A stretch of DNA of 64,000 bases, from the NCBI RefSeq assembly GCF_009914755.1, contig NC_060932.1; one strand, written 5' to 3'. A program made the translations under genes and the position numbers. Below the pieces are notes generated by a model. The model saw nothing but the letters and a program-made list of their open reading frames with translations, was not told where the DNA came from and ran no database searches. Shown here in pieces: positions 46,221 to 61,977 of the stretch. Source of the stretch: the human T2T-CHM13v2.0 reference genome, Homo sapiens. Position 1 is the stretch's first letter, and each line of letters begins with the position of its first letter.

Positions 46221-46697
46221 TTTGCTGGAAACCATGTCTCATTATACAGATGAACCCAGATTTACCATAGAGCAGATAGATCTGCTTCAGCGACTTCGGC
46301 GTACTGGAATGACTAAACATGAAATTCTCCATGCCTTGGAAACTTTGGACCGTCTTGATCAAGAGCATAGTGACAAGTTTGGAAGAAGGTCCAGCTATGG
46401 AGGAAGTTCATATGGGAATAGTACTAACAATGTCCCAGCATCTTCCTCTACAGCTACAGCTTCCACACAGACGCAGCATTCGGGAATGTCCCCGTCACCT
46501 AGCAACAGTTATGATACTTCCCCACAGCCTTGCACTACCAATCAAAATGGGAGGGAGAATAATGAGCGATTATCTACATCCAATGGAAAGATGTCACCAA
46601 CTCGCTACCATGCAAACAGCATGGGTCAGAGGTCATACAGTTTTGAAGCCTCAGAAGAGGACCTAGATGTAGATGATAAAGTGGAAGAATTAATGAG
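46221..46697 (+). CDS. HMBOX1: HMBOX1 coding exon (477 nt): HNF1-like N-terminal helical region plus Ser/Thr-rich linker
   Basis: Acceptor ttttatctctttttttttag ends at 46220; donor AG|gttagt at 46698. Translation LLETMSHYTDEPRFTIEQIDLLQRLRRTGMTKHEILHALETLDRLDQEH...DLDVDDKVEELMR is recognisable as HMBOX1 and forms the core of ORF 46171..46728. Confidence 0.97.
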
Positions 46698-46781
46698 GTT
46701 AGTGACTTTGCTTATTCAGAGTCCCTAAAAATGTCTGTATTCTTAGATTGTTTTTAAGTAGTATGCTGCGTTTCAGCTACT

Positions 46782-46831
46782 TAGCTATAAGAACTGTAAC
46801 TTCCTCTAGCTATAAGAACTGTAACTTCCTC
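46782..46831. repeat. Perfect 2 x 25-bp tandem duplication
   Basis: tagctataagaactgtaacttcctc twice. Confidence 0.95.
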
Positions 46832-47158
46832 CTCCCACCTTTGGAGATGAAAGAAAGAAAGTTCAAGCTTTATGTTTTTAATTTAAATTTTCTCTTCTTT
46901 ACTTCAGCCCTTTCTCTTTGCTGCTTGACAAGCCTTTTCCATTCTGTTTATCAAACACTAATCTTCTCTATGACTCTAATAGCTAATTTCTGACTAACAG
47001 ACACATTCTAATCCTTAAAAATCTGTTGTAAGTACTTTTTCTGAGGGATAAGTTTATCTTGATCAGAATATGTACACTCTTAATTTTTCTGTTCAACATT
47101 CCAATCAAGAAAATAATTTGGGGTACCTATTATATAGGTTCTAATTTTAGCAATAGAT

Positions 47159-47159
<1 letters not shown>

Positions 47160-47202
<43 letters not shown>
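47160..47202. repeat. (CA)n microsatellite, about 21 units
   Basis: Read directly. Confidence 0.95.
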
Positions 47203-47203
<1 letters not shown>

Positions 47204-47257
47204 TGTCTTTTATAAGTGTAAGAACTTAGAGTTTTAAACACTGAGAAAAGAAATCTA

Positions 47258-47624
<367 letters not shown>

Positions 47625-48379
47625 TGAGGGTAACAGCATGTGTTTTCCATTATTGTGCCTCCAGGATCTGGAACTTTCCCTAGCACATGTTAAGGGCCTG
47701 ATATGTTTAATGAATGGGTGACCTTGACCTAAATGGTAAAGAATAGCATTTGTTTTAAAATACAGGAAATGTATTTAAAATTAAGGGAATAGTAAAGGGT
47801 AAGAAAGGCAAGGCATGTCTTCAGTCTGATAAAAATTACTGATGGGTAAGACAATGTAATATGAATAATATATTAGGAGACAAAACAGGTTTTGGGAGAC
47901 TTTGAGTTCCATACTAGTTTATTTACTTTTGTTGGAATTGAGGAGTTTTGTAAAAACTCCTCTAGGAATAGAGATGATAAAGGTATTGTTTTCAGTAGAT
48001 TTCCACTACAGTAGAAGGGAAAGAGCCTGCAGATAAATTAGTTACAGTAGATTATGAAAGAAACTGTAACAGGAATTTGTCAGAAATAAAAATAGTACCT
48101 ATAAGTATCATTATAATTCTTCCTAAAGATTTTTAAACTTCAAGATGGAATAATAGTGACACATAATAATATTGCCACATGGAAGATATGTCCAATAGTA
48201 CCACAATGTTGAAATATCCTTCAAACTGTCCTGAATTTATTTTTAGGTGCAACTTTATTATATGAAATTCTGTGCTAAATCAACTATTTTATCTGGATTC
48301 CAGATACAGTATAAATAAAGTATAATATTAATACCTGTAATGAATAATTTGATACAGCAGTTACAGTTACAAGTCATTG

Positions 48380-48560
48380 TTTTGTTTGGTTTGGTTTTTT
48401 GAGACGGAGTCTTGCTCTGTCACCCAGGATGAAGTGCAGTGGTGCGATCTCGGCTCACTGCAACCTCCGCCTCCTGGGCTGAAGTGATTCTCCTGCTTTA
48501 GCCTCCTGAGTAGCTGGGACTGCAGGCGTGTGCCACCATGCCCAGCTAATTTTTTTTTTA
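48380..48560 (-). mobile_element. Alu right arm only, antisense
   Basis: Ends at the middle A-rich linker. Confidence 0.8.
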
Positions 48561-49910
48561 AAGTTAAAAATATAAGAGATCAGTTTGACTTTGAATTCTT
48601 TTTCATGTGTTAAAGTAGGTGACCAAAGTTCAGGTGTTGCTTTTGAATTTAATGTTGTTACGATTAAGAGGGAGAACAATTTGGGCAAATAAAAGTTACT
48701 TCGCTCATTGAAATGTAACAAGATTAGCTTTTAATTATTCTAAGTAGAGAGGATATCAACAATTTAAAAAGGATGCCAACCTGGTTTTTTCGGTGTTGTT
48801 GCTGTTCATCAGTTTTGATAAGCTTTTGACATAACAGTTAATTCTTAAATGTGTATAAGACTAACAAGAAGTATGGGAAAACTTGTTAGTAAAAGTCTCT
48901 AGAAGATTGTCTGGAATAATAAAGGTCTAAAAACTTGACTTTTAACTCATAGGCTGACATAATGTTTTAATTCAAATATATGCTCAAAATAAATGAAAAC
49001 CTATTTAGCAGTGACTGGGATTTGTAGTTAAATCCCATAATTACACCCATTCCAGTTTCACTGTGAAATATATACAGGTTTATACTTTGTTATCAGTATT
49101 TATGTACTACCACTTGTCGCATAATCAGGACACTTTATCTTTTTCCATTTCTCTGCTTCTTTATTAGAACTGCTCCTTTGGGTTCTCCTGATCATCTTGG
49201 GGTCTCAGTGGCCCTTCTGGATCTCTCTGGTTCTCTGCCATTGCACCCTCACCCACTGCTGCACTCCTGCTTTCCTCCATTGTGTCCCCCTCTCACGATT
49301 CTCAGGTTGTAGATAATAACAATCCTTGGATCAGTGGGAAAGTTTATTGGATCACATTGTCACTTATAATCATTAAAACCATGATGTGAGGTTGATCAGA
49401 GAAACTGAAATTCACAAAAATTAAATACTTTGCCCAAGAGAACTTCAATATTAAGTGGCAGAGCCTAAATTATGTCTTTATTATCAATATGTCACTGGTG
49501 TACATTCCCTCTCCAAATAAATTTTTCATATCTGTAGATTTTAATAAGATTTTAGGAAAGGTGGTTAATTAACATAAGACAAAGTATGAATTGCCTTAAT
49601 GGGCTTCACATCCCCCTCCCCCATGATATTTGCTGCTTCAAAACAATCACTTACCACATGAATTTTTATTTAGTGGAATGTTAGAGAAATATTTTGAGCA
49701 GTGGATCTTTCTGAGTATTCTGTGCCCTTTTAGGAATATACTGCCCTTGCTGATCACTAGATGCTATGGTGATATGATAGCCCGTTGGAAGTGGTAGTCT
49801 CTGGTGGGGGAGCCTGGGTATCTGAATGCTTTCCTGTCTCCTTTTCTACCTGTGTGCTTCACCTCTTGCTTGTTCACATTCCTCAACTCATACACAAGAT
49901 GTAGTTTTAA

Positions 49911-50321
<411 letters not shown>

Positions 50322-52554
50322 TTATCGACTCATTAAGAAACAATGAAAAAGTAACTTTCACTTTTTTCATTTTTGAGTTAGGGTTGGGAAAAAAAGGTAA
50401 ATTACGATATGAATTTAACAGATTGTTGAATATAACATTTTAGGAAGGACTTTAAAGCCAAAAATAAAGACCTGTTTTACGTTTTAATGTTTAAAAATGC
50501 ATCTATTAATATATAAATATATGTGTAGGGGTATGTGTGTATACATATCTGCTAATATAGCATATAGATACTAATGTGTGTTTCATGTACATATTATGAA
50601 ATAATTTAAATGAGGCTTATCAGAATTTATTAATAATGCCATACATTAAGGATATTATTCTTAACAACCCATGTACTAAATTTTATGATATGTTAGTATT
50701 TTGTATAAAACTGAGGCTTTATTCTAAGTTGATTATTTATAGGCTAAGTATTTTACTTGCCTAAGTAGGATGTGCATGTTCTGTAGATAAGACAAAATGG
50801 TCATGATCTCCAGTTACTATGTTATTGATACATATTTAGTAACTTTTATTTTTGAGTGATTTTTTAAAATTTAAAGTTATACTTTGTCTCCATAGGTGAA
50901 AATGTATGGGAATAGGTTTTATTCAAACATGAAAGAAATTTGTACATCATTGTATTTTTCCAAGTGTGAAATAGTCTGTCCTGGCAGGTGTTGCTTCATC
51001 TCTGAAAGTCTGTCAGATAGATGATTACCTTTAAGAGATCCTAAAGAATGTGCAGTGTATATTAACTATGAAAATATGGAAGATCTTAAAGCATATCATT
51101 TTTAAAACAGGTGGTCTTTATTATTCTTTGTTCTAGAAAAGGAAGCAATGTCATTTCGAGCTACTATAAATAATTCTTTTCCTTTCTGATTTGGTAAGCT
51201 TAAATCTATTTAAGAATAAAAATTTAAAGCTGTTTTATAAATTATCTAGATCAGGCTTTCCATTTTACAACCTTTTATCTCCAACTACAGAACTGTTCCT
51301 TCATTGAACAAATTAAGCTCTATTATATGCAAACCCCATAATTGAATAAGGCACCATCTTTGTGCTGAAGGACTAAGGACTTTACAGGGTAGTAGGAGAG
51401 ATGAGACAAGATTAGGAACAACTATAATACAGAACAGCATGTAATATATTAGCATGCGAGTAGTAGTATTGAAATGTTAAAGTTAGCCATTGCAAGAAGA
51501 GACCTTTTTTAGCTTTGAAGATCAGGGAGAACGTCTTTGAATAGATGACAGTTAAATTGTGTCTTAGTAAAAGGGGATTCAACCAACAGGCATAACTGAT
51601 GAATTCATCCAGATATTAAGAAAGGTCTGTAAGTAACAGTGAAAGTTTAGCAAGTTATAAAAATAATGGCAATGGAGGGTGGGAAGGAAGAATTTCATCC
51701 TGGTGTGGAAATCACCCAGATGAATCTAGCATGGCAATGACTTGAAAAAGGGAGTAGGAGGCAATGACATGGACTTGAACTGGTTAGTTGCAAATCAGGT
51801 GGGTATCTTATCTTGAAGTAAGTAAGCTGTGGAATCAAAGACAAGATCAGCCCGCTCTTCACTTTAATTCCCTAAGATTTGAGGCATAGAAATCTTGAAG
51901 AGTGTGAGATTTTGTAAGAGAAGAGAGGAAGGAGGGGATTTATTCTTTTTAAGGAGGATGTAAAATTGCAGATGAAGAGAGGAAGTGAGGGGTGGGAGAA
52001 GATGAGAGAATTAGATTTAGAGTAAATGAAGTTTTCACACTACCAAAGTGGTGATTTCATAGATTACAATGAGGACAATAGGAGTAGCAGGTCCTTAAAG
52101 AAGGCTGAATGAGGAGAGAATGAGGGTCGGGGGTGATGTCAAAGTTTGAACAACAAAGCTAACCCACTAGAATGGAACTTTTAAAAATACTTAAGAGAAT
52201 TGGACACAATGAAAATAGAATGCATTTAGTATTTTGAAAATACCTAGTGAAACCAACTAAATGACACATCACTGCTTGCCTATAGAACTCTTTTAATGCT
52301 ACCTTAAAGTACCTGGTACAGATGTTTACTTTGGTCTTATATGATTACAGCAGATCGTTTGTTTCTTCCTTTCTTGGGAACCTTTCTGAAGTTTCATAAA
52401 ATAATAGTCAATGTTTAGTATTTTTACAATTTAAAAAAAAATTTTGCAATGAATTTTTGATTCTATGTATTACAGACATATATATACAAACAATATTTAA
52501 TTTCATTGCTAGGAGACAAATTTTAAAAGCCTTGTGAAGGGAGTATTGATGATT

Positions 52555-52709
52555 TTTGTTGTTGTTGTTGTTGTTAGATGGAGTCTCACTCTGTTGCCCA
52601 GTGGCGCAATCTTGGCTCACTGCAGCATCCGCCTTCTGGTTTCAAGCAATTTTCCTGTCTCAGCCTCCCAAGTAACTGGGATTACAGGAGTGAGCCACTG
52701 CACCTGGCC
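52555..52709 (-). mobile_element. Monomer-length Alu, antisense
   Basis: Right-arm sequence runs directly into the Alu 5' head. Confidence 0.75.
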
Positions 52710-52849
52710 AGTGCTTTTATTTTATCAGATGATACAGCCAGGGCCCAGCTTTGTTAAATGACTTGCCAATGCACAACCTTATCTTTTAAGTCTTTTGTTT
52801 TGCTTTTTGATAAAGCTCTCTGGTAAAACAGTGAAGAGCTTTTTATTTC

Positions 52850-53167
52850 TTTTCTTTTCTTTTTTTTCTTTTTTTTTTTTTTTGAGATGGAGTCTCACTT
52901 TGTCACCCAGGTTGGAGTGCAGTGGCACGTTTTCGGCTCACTGCAACCTCCGCCTCTGGGGTTCAAGCGATTCTCCTGCCTCAGCCTCCTGAGTAGCTGG
53001 GATTACAGGGGCATGCCACCACACCCAGCTATTTTTAAAATATTTTTGGTAGAGACGAGGTCTCATCATGTTGGCCAGGCTGAACTTGAACTCCTGACCT
53101 CAAGTGATCCGCCCGCCTCAGCCTCCCAAAGTCCTGGGATTACAGGCGTGACCCACCGTGCCTGGCT
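52850..53167 (-). mobile_element. AluS, antisense
   Basis: Alu consensus. Confidence 0.9.
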
Positions 53168-53817
53168 ATTTCTATGTTTTTAAACATTATTGGTACTTAG
53201 AGACTTGTCAAATATCTAAAAATGTGAATTGCTACTGTTTGACAGATTTTTGGGATTCCTTCTGTTTTGTGCAGTCCTTAATAATATCGTGCTGCAAGGC
53301 TGTGAATAATTTACAAACTGGATATTTCCTATTTCAATAATTGAGTGTTATCTCTTCTGTATGATTTAGTGTCCAGATGAATTTAATTTAAAATAAATGG
53401 ATTTAAATGACAATGTAAATTAGTAGTCAAAAAACCCATTTAATTCTTTTCCCCCACAAAAGTACATTCTTTTATTTAACCTGAATAAATATTCTCTTAA
53501 ATTCAGCTTCATTTTCGTAGGTCATTCTATATATAGAAATGCAATACTTTATTTAAAAAGTTTCAGATTAATTTTATAGTTATATTAGAAACCAAATGAT
53601 TTGTTTTATTTATATAAGCCAATTGAAATAGTGCTGAAGTTATCTCTTGTACACTGATTATTGATGCATATTTGAAAGCTTTTGTTCTACATTACCTGCA
53701 TTTTAGTCAGCAGTTATTTTGTTTGACTTTAAAATATATTTATTTGTACCTTTTTCTTTTTCATATACACAATTTTTAAATAAAATGTGAATGCATATTT
53801 GTCAAAGAAATATTTCA

Positions 53818-54137
<320 letters not shown>

Positions 54138-54563
54138 TCAAATATAGACAGTCATTTTGGGAAGAATCTAACCAGAATCTAGATCAGTATGAGAAATTTT
54201 ACTGCATTAGGCAGCTGATTAATTTTTTCCTTTAGGAATATTTTTGATCAGGATTTCCAACTGATAGATCAGCAGTATACTGTAGAGCTACAGATTGGAA
54301 ACTCACCACTATGACCTCTCTGTTTTTTTCCAGAATTCCCCAAAGGGAGCATGGTCTTACAACAGAGTCCTTTCAACAGAGCATGTAACAACTGCTCATC
54401 AGGGAGCTAAAATCCCTCATCCAAGTTAAATCACAACTCATTGTTTTTGAATAGGATACTTCAGTTTCTCCAAATAGTCTACAGAGAGATGTGAACCCCT
54501 AGAAAGAGTTTGTGCTTCTTTCACAAAACAATTGTTAAGGTTTTGTGATCCTTTGTCTCAGAT

Positions 54564-55269
<706 letters not shown>

Positions 55270-56230
55270 TGTTAGATAAGAAGTTACCTCTATTCTATGT
55301 TACTTTTGAGCTTGAACAGAAACCACTGCTCTGTTTATGTAATCCTTTTGAAAATAAAGCATTGAAAGAGAGATTGGTCGGTTTTAAGAGTTTAACTATA
55401 ATTTTTGTTTATTCTTGTTCTGGTGGAAAAACAGAAGTCTTGCCACTCATTGTCATTTTTGTGAATGTCTGGTCTTTTGAGAATTTGTTGAGTCTAAGTA
55501 AAAATTTGTAACAGGCATTTTAGTGGAGGAAAAATGAGGTCTATAATGTATTCCCATGAACACAGAATATTATGTAGTTTTAAGTATTCTTATATATAAT
55601 ACAAAATGTATAAATGCCTTTTTAGTACTAAAACTTTATATTCAACGGATCCCACTTTAAATTTTTTGTTTATACAGGAAAAGAAGTTAAAGAGCAAGCC
55701 TTTCTTCAAATGGCTAACATTTTTACGGTTGTGAGAATGATGATTGCTTTTTCCTTAATCATTTTAAAGGTTTTTAAATGAACATTATTCATGCAGTTGT
55801 GTAGTTAACATGCGAGCCCACAATCTGCTCACAACTGAATTTGTTGTTGTTGCTCTTTATTTTTCTAGGATTTCTGTCTGTGTAAGATATATTCATTCCC
55901 CAGTAATGAAACTTTGTATATACCATATGACAGCCTTGTTCCTAATGTGAATTATACAGAGCATGTGATTAACCATCCTCTGGTATGAGACATATCTATT
56001 GTGGTCTTCACTAAAGCGTCTGTTTGATGGTGTGATGTTTTAGGACTTGAATATTTGGTGTTTCTTGGTTCATTGTAATTTCATATTTTCACACAAGTTT
56101 GGTCTGTTTACCCTTTATTTTTGTGTCCTTTCTGTGTTCTCCCCACCTCTCTGCTTCACCTTTCTTTTAGCAAAGATGAGGATTTCTACCTTCAACATAC
56201 ATTGTTGGTCTTGTCTTCTGTTTTTGTTAG

Positions 56231-56316
56231 GAGGGACAGCAGTGTGATAAAAGAGGAAATCAAAGCCTTTCTTGCCAATCGGAGGATTTCCCAAGCAGTT
56301 GTTGCACAGGTAACAG
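56231..56316 (+). CDS. HMBOX1: HMBOX1 coding exon (86 nt): start of the HNF1-type POU-specific-like domain, RDSSVIKEEIKAFLANRRISQAVVAQVTG
   Basis: Acceptor tctgtttttgttag ends at 56230; donor CAG|gtaaga at 56317. It continues the previous exon in frame (AG+G = Arg), and the peptide resembles the corresponding HNF1A/B helices. Confidence 0.95.
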
Positions 56317-58115
56317 GTAAGAGCTGAAGAGCCCTTTATTCTGGAATCATGTGTAGTCTCTGCCTTCTGGTGCAGATGTTGGAATATTGCTTGCATTTCT
56401 GCATTGCAGTGCAGATCTGTCAACTTAGGCATAATTATGTATGCCTGTGATTTAAAACCCATTGTCTCCAATATCGCCGAACTTCTCTAGTGATTTTTTT
56501 GACTTGTGCTAGTAAATTTTATAGCATTTTTAATAAGCACAAAATTCCCTATTTTGTGGCTAGAAAAGGTTCCTATAGTTTGCTTTTGATTGTGACAGAG
56601 CATATGACACATGCACATCCAACTGCTTTCTATACTACATATTTTTAAAAGCTTTGTAATCCTCCAAGTATAATCCCTGATTATACCAGTTAAAAAATGA
56701 TTCATGAGGGTAAAGAAAGTTGTTTTTTAAACCACTTTTCCATATGTAAAAGCATTCCTTGAAACATTACTGAGAAGAGTCACCATTGTCTTCTCTTTGT
56801 TCTTTATATCCCATCCCATTCTCCACCCCCACCTAAGCCCCATCCCTAGTATGTGGTGTATATGTGTCATTCTCTATTCAGATTGCATTTTTTAATGACG
56901 TTCTTAAATTTGGGGGCAGATGTCTTTTCCTTGTTAATGTGTGATCTTCCTTTCTTAGATTTCAGTGATTTATAAGACCCTTAAAAAAAGTAACTGGGCA
57001 TTAGTCGTTAGAAGAACCGGACACTCTTTTCAACTACATTTTGTAGTTGCAACATTGTTGTACTTTGCATATTGATAGATATAAAAATTAATTCTCCCCT
57101 CCTTTTGTTAACATTCTACTAGCTGGCTATGTGAATTTGGGCTTTTTAGCCTCTGTGCCTCAGTTTTCTTCCTGCTACAATGAAATACTTGGATCTGATC
57201 TTCAACAATAACTTATGATTTAAAGATATTATTTCTGTTCTCCAGACCATGATACATACTGAAGCTAATTTACCTAAAAGGTTGTTACTGGCCATTAATT
57301 TGGTTAAAAATGAAACACCAGAGTTTAGAAGTCTTATATTTCATCCCAAGTATCTAAGGTCAGCCAATCTTTTATAGTGTGTGTGTTTAATATATTACAC
57401 TAGTAATATATTTTTATAAATGACACTTCTGCTTATGGTAAAATACTTTAGTTAAAGGTGTCCTTCGGTGTAGAAGTCTTATACCAAAGGACAGTGCGTT
57501 AGTTTAATTGTTGTAGTATTTAGGTGTTTTTCTGTAGGATATTTAAAATATGTTGTTAACCTTTATCTTCAAGGACCAAGTTATGGTTCTTAATGCAATG
57601 TAAGGACAAGTCAAGCAGGTTTTAGTGAAACTCACTGATGTGGACTTTGAAAAGATGAAATGTTGTCTTTCAGTACTTACATTTCAGCCTCCATTACTAG
57701 AAGCAATAGTATCTTCCAGTTTGCCAGCCTAAAACTAAAAAGACAAAATTTTAGTGTTACAGAATAGCATTGCAACGCTGATTTTTTTTTTTCAGGTAGA
57801 AGCATTTCTTAGTACTTTGAATTCCCTGAATCTTGAATCATTTAGGACTTTTAAAATAGTAGCTTTGAAACCCATCCAATCTTAATTAATGCAAATCATA
57901 GTAACATATGTTTAAAAAGCATTTCTTGAGCATATCTAAAGGCATGGAATAAACCATAATGGGTTAAACATGATACATTAAATATAGTATTGCCTTTTTT
58001 GGAAAGGGAAACTGAAAGATATGTTTTCCCATCTTGCTGTTCAAAATATAGTACATGGAACAGCATTATTGGCATCACCTGGGAGCTTGCTAGAATCGTA
58101 AAAATACTGAATACT

Positions 58116-58452
<337 letters not shown>

Positions 58453-58599
58453 TTAACCAGAAGCCCAGGTGATTTCTGTTTGAGAAATGCTATTCTAGGA
58501 GACTGGTAAACTTTACTGACTTTAACTTCAGTGGATTGGCATTACCTCACTCAGTAATGGTCATCATGATGCCATCCCGTTTTTATTTTTGTTTTGTTT

Positions 58600-59177
<578 letters not shown>

Positions 59178-61261
59178 ATCATCTCCTGTTTTCGCAAGCA
59201 AGAACTGAAAATACATTTACACATTTATTATCTATTGTACCACGTGGACCTTTCTTTTGCTGCCATATCTATGGGATTTGGTATTGTTACAAACTTCTTT
59301 CACCATTTTCAGCCTCACCCTAACTTGTTCTTCCTCCTCTTCATTTCTACTCCAAAAGCTTGCATTCATCTTCCTTTGATCAGATATCTTCTGATGATTC
59401 TCCATTGTCTAAAAAATGAAATTTCTTTTAATCTGACTCCAGCCTTTTCGTTTGTTGCCATCCTCTATTCAGTATGCCCCCAGCTGAATTTCACTATTTG
59501 CCATTCCCAGAATTCTGCCCAGTTGGATGCTCCCAGAGTTTTGGTTGTGCCAAAGATACCTTTCACCTCCTCATCTCAGCCTTATGAATTTCTGTTTATC
59601 AAGATTATCTCTGTTGTTACCCTCATTTTAACTTCTTGACCAATTTAGTCCTTGCAGACCTCTCTTTTTTTCTGAAATTAATTACACTTAGTTCATCACC
59701 CTGAGGTGTAGTACTCATTTTAATTATGCATTTTAGAGCAATGTTCTTCAGGAGTGACCTTTCCTTACACAAAGAGTCTAGCATTGTGCAGGTACTCTGA
59801 ACTTTCCATGTTTACCTAGCTACCTTGTAGTGTAAGAGGAGAACAGGTGATGCTGACACAAGCTATACATGTGAAAATTTGTCCAGTGTGACTTTCTTCA
59901 GTGGTGTGCCCTCTCCAAAAATAATAATTCATTTGCTCAACAAATGCTGTGTGAATTTTTGCCCTTAAGGAGCTTGCATTTTTCCTTTATCTACTTCAGT
60001 TGTTTATATCAGGCCTGGGGAATGAGGATGATTGATAACCATATTGGTTCATTGTCCTGTTGGTCAACTTACTGAACTCCTATGTTTTTTGTGTATTATT
60101 GTGTTACATTTTTTACCCAGACTGCCCAGCCATCAAGCTAAACTCAGGGGCAAGGCTTCTCTTTGCAGAGAAGAGATCCAGCTAGAGAATAGTGAGGTAG
60201 TAGAACTGAATAAAGCCTTGTCCTCGTAATTGGTCTAACTTAGGTTAGAGTGAGTCTGAGTATGGAAGCCTTCTGGTCACCTAGAGCTCACTCCCTGCAG
60301 TACCTCATCAGTGTATATACGCATTTTTCTGTCTTTAAACAAATTAGTCAAGTGTATCTTCAAAGAATATGTACCTGATGAAATCTACCTTAAGGTTTAG
60401 GATGTGGTTCTCCTGAATCTTACAACAAGTTCTCTTAAAAAGATTTAAGTTCAACTCTAATATATGAAATAAGTCAACCTTGAGATAAAAATGAGAACGA
60501 GTGGTGCATAACAAAAGAAAATGCTAAATAAAAAGTGTAATGAGGTGCAAAATTATAACACATGTGCTTGTTCCAGAAACAAATACAGAGGTTTCTTTTT
60601 ATAGATTCAGAGGATTTCTATTATAAGATAAACAAGAAGTTCATGGGTGGGGTCTGTATAAATAATATCCTACTGATAGGAAAAATGACAGTATAAACAG
60701 GATATAATAACAGTGCCTGCTGAATTCCCAGCATGTTATTTGTAGCTTCTTTCACAGTCGCAGCTGTTCCCACCAAGGGTGGATTTTTACCTCTGTAAGA
60801 GGTCAGCCAAGATTCTAAATTCTCACTAACAATGGTGGGTTGGTAAGCATAGTCTTTGCTTTAGTAATAAGCACATGTATTCTGTATTCACTTTCAGGGT
60901 AAAATGTTTTCTTAGGCTGTTTAAGAATGCTTAAAACATAATTTTTTTTAATGACCTTTGGGAAAAAATTCAAGCATGCAGAATAAATGAGTAAATGGGC
61001 AGAGCTTGATCAGCGCTTATCAGCCAAAGAAATATACTAATTGGATGCATGTCCTCTGAAGAAATAAATACACAGAAGAAGAAAAAAACAGCGCCTCTGA
61101 ATTTTAAGAAATTTACCATAATTTTGTTTTCTTAAAATGTAGTAGTATAATGAAGAAGTAACAGAATCTCAATGTTCTGGTCTTTCTGCCATAAAATAGC
61201 CTTGTGACCCAGAGTCTTATTTTCCTTATGTATAAGATAAAGGACTTTGACTAAATAGGTT

Positions 61262-61627
61262 CTTTCTTAGTTCCATTTGAGCTGGATGCTCTAACAAAAT
61301 ACCATGAACTGGGTGGCTTATAAACAACTGAAATTTATTTCTCACAGTTCTGGAGGCTGGGAAGTCCAGGATGAAGCCAGATTCAGTGTCTGGTGAGAGC
61401 CTGCTTTCTGACTTAAAGACCATGCCATTTCATTGTGTTCTCACGTAGTGGCAGGGGGAACGGGTCTCTCTTGGGTCTCTTTTATTGGGGCACTAATTCT
61501 GGTTCATAAGGATTCAACTCACATCACCTAATCACCTCCCAAAGATCCCGCCTCCTAAAACCATCACCTTGAAAGTAACAATTTCAACATAGGAATTTTA
61601 GAGGGACATAAACATTCAACCATAGCA
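61262..61627. mobile_element. MaLR LTR (MLT1A/MSTD-like)
   Basis: aaaataccatgaactgggtggcttataaacaactgaaatttatttctcacagttctggaggctgggaagtcc...acataaacattcaaccatagca. Confidence 0.85.
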
Positions 61628-61977
61628 GCTTCTATGTATCTTTTCTAGCTGTCAAATTCTATTCTGTTTTTAAGTTGTAAATGCATTTTATCAGATGTGC
61701 ATCTTACCTGTACCTAGTGATTCTCATTCCCAAAACATAAGAATTTGTGTAAAGACAAGTTCTGAACTGGTTTTAGAAATGTTCCAGCTGTACTCAGATC
61801 ACTGCCTTTTTAACTTATCTTTAAAATGTAGGATAAAACCACTGCATATTCTATTTAATTATAGCAATTTCTTTACAAAGGTAAAGAATTAAGTTCCCTA
61901 ATCAGAGAACTTAAGATCAGACATTAAAAATCAACTAAAGTTTCAGTATATTAAGAAAAAATAAACAACAACAACCA

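Noticed and set aside
46319-46666. 115-aa alternative-frame ORF overlapping the HMBOX1 exon
   Set aside because: No recognisable homology, and it starts after several upstream ATGs. A shadow ORF of this length in a coding exon is unremarkable without Ribo-seq support.
46171-46728. The 185-aa ORF as a standalone gene
   Set aside because: Only 46221-46697 is exonic. The ends (MVDTVNKETSFYLFFFS and LVTLLIQSP) are read-through of the polypyrimidine tract and the donor.
50385-50398. Isolated TTAGGG hexamers (also near 3180, 6244 and 43145) as autoregulatory sites for the telomere-binding HMBOX1 protein
   Set aside because: Single hexamers are expected by chance in 64 kb; there is no tandem telomeric array.
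57777-57802. Second recursive-splice-like motif, tttttttcag|gtagaa
   Set aside because: The donor half (GTAGAA) is a poor match to consensus, so it is most likely a chance acceptor-like sequence.
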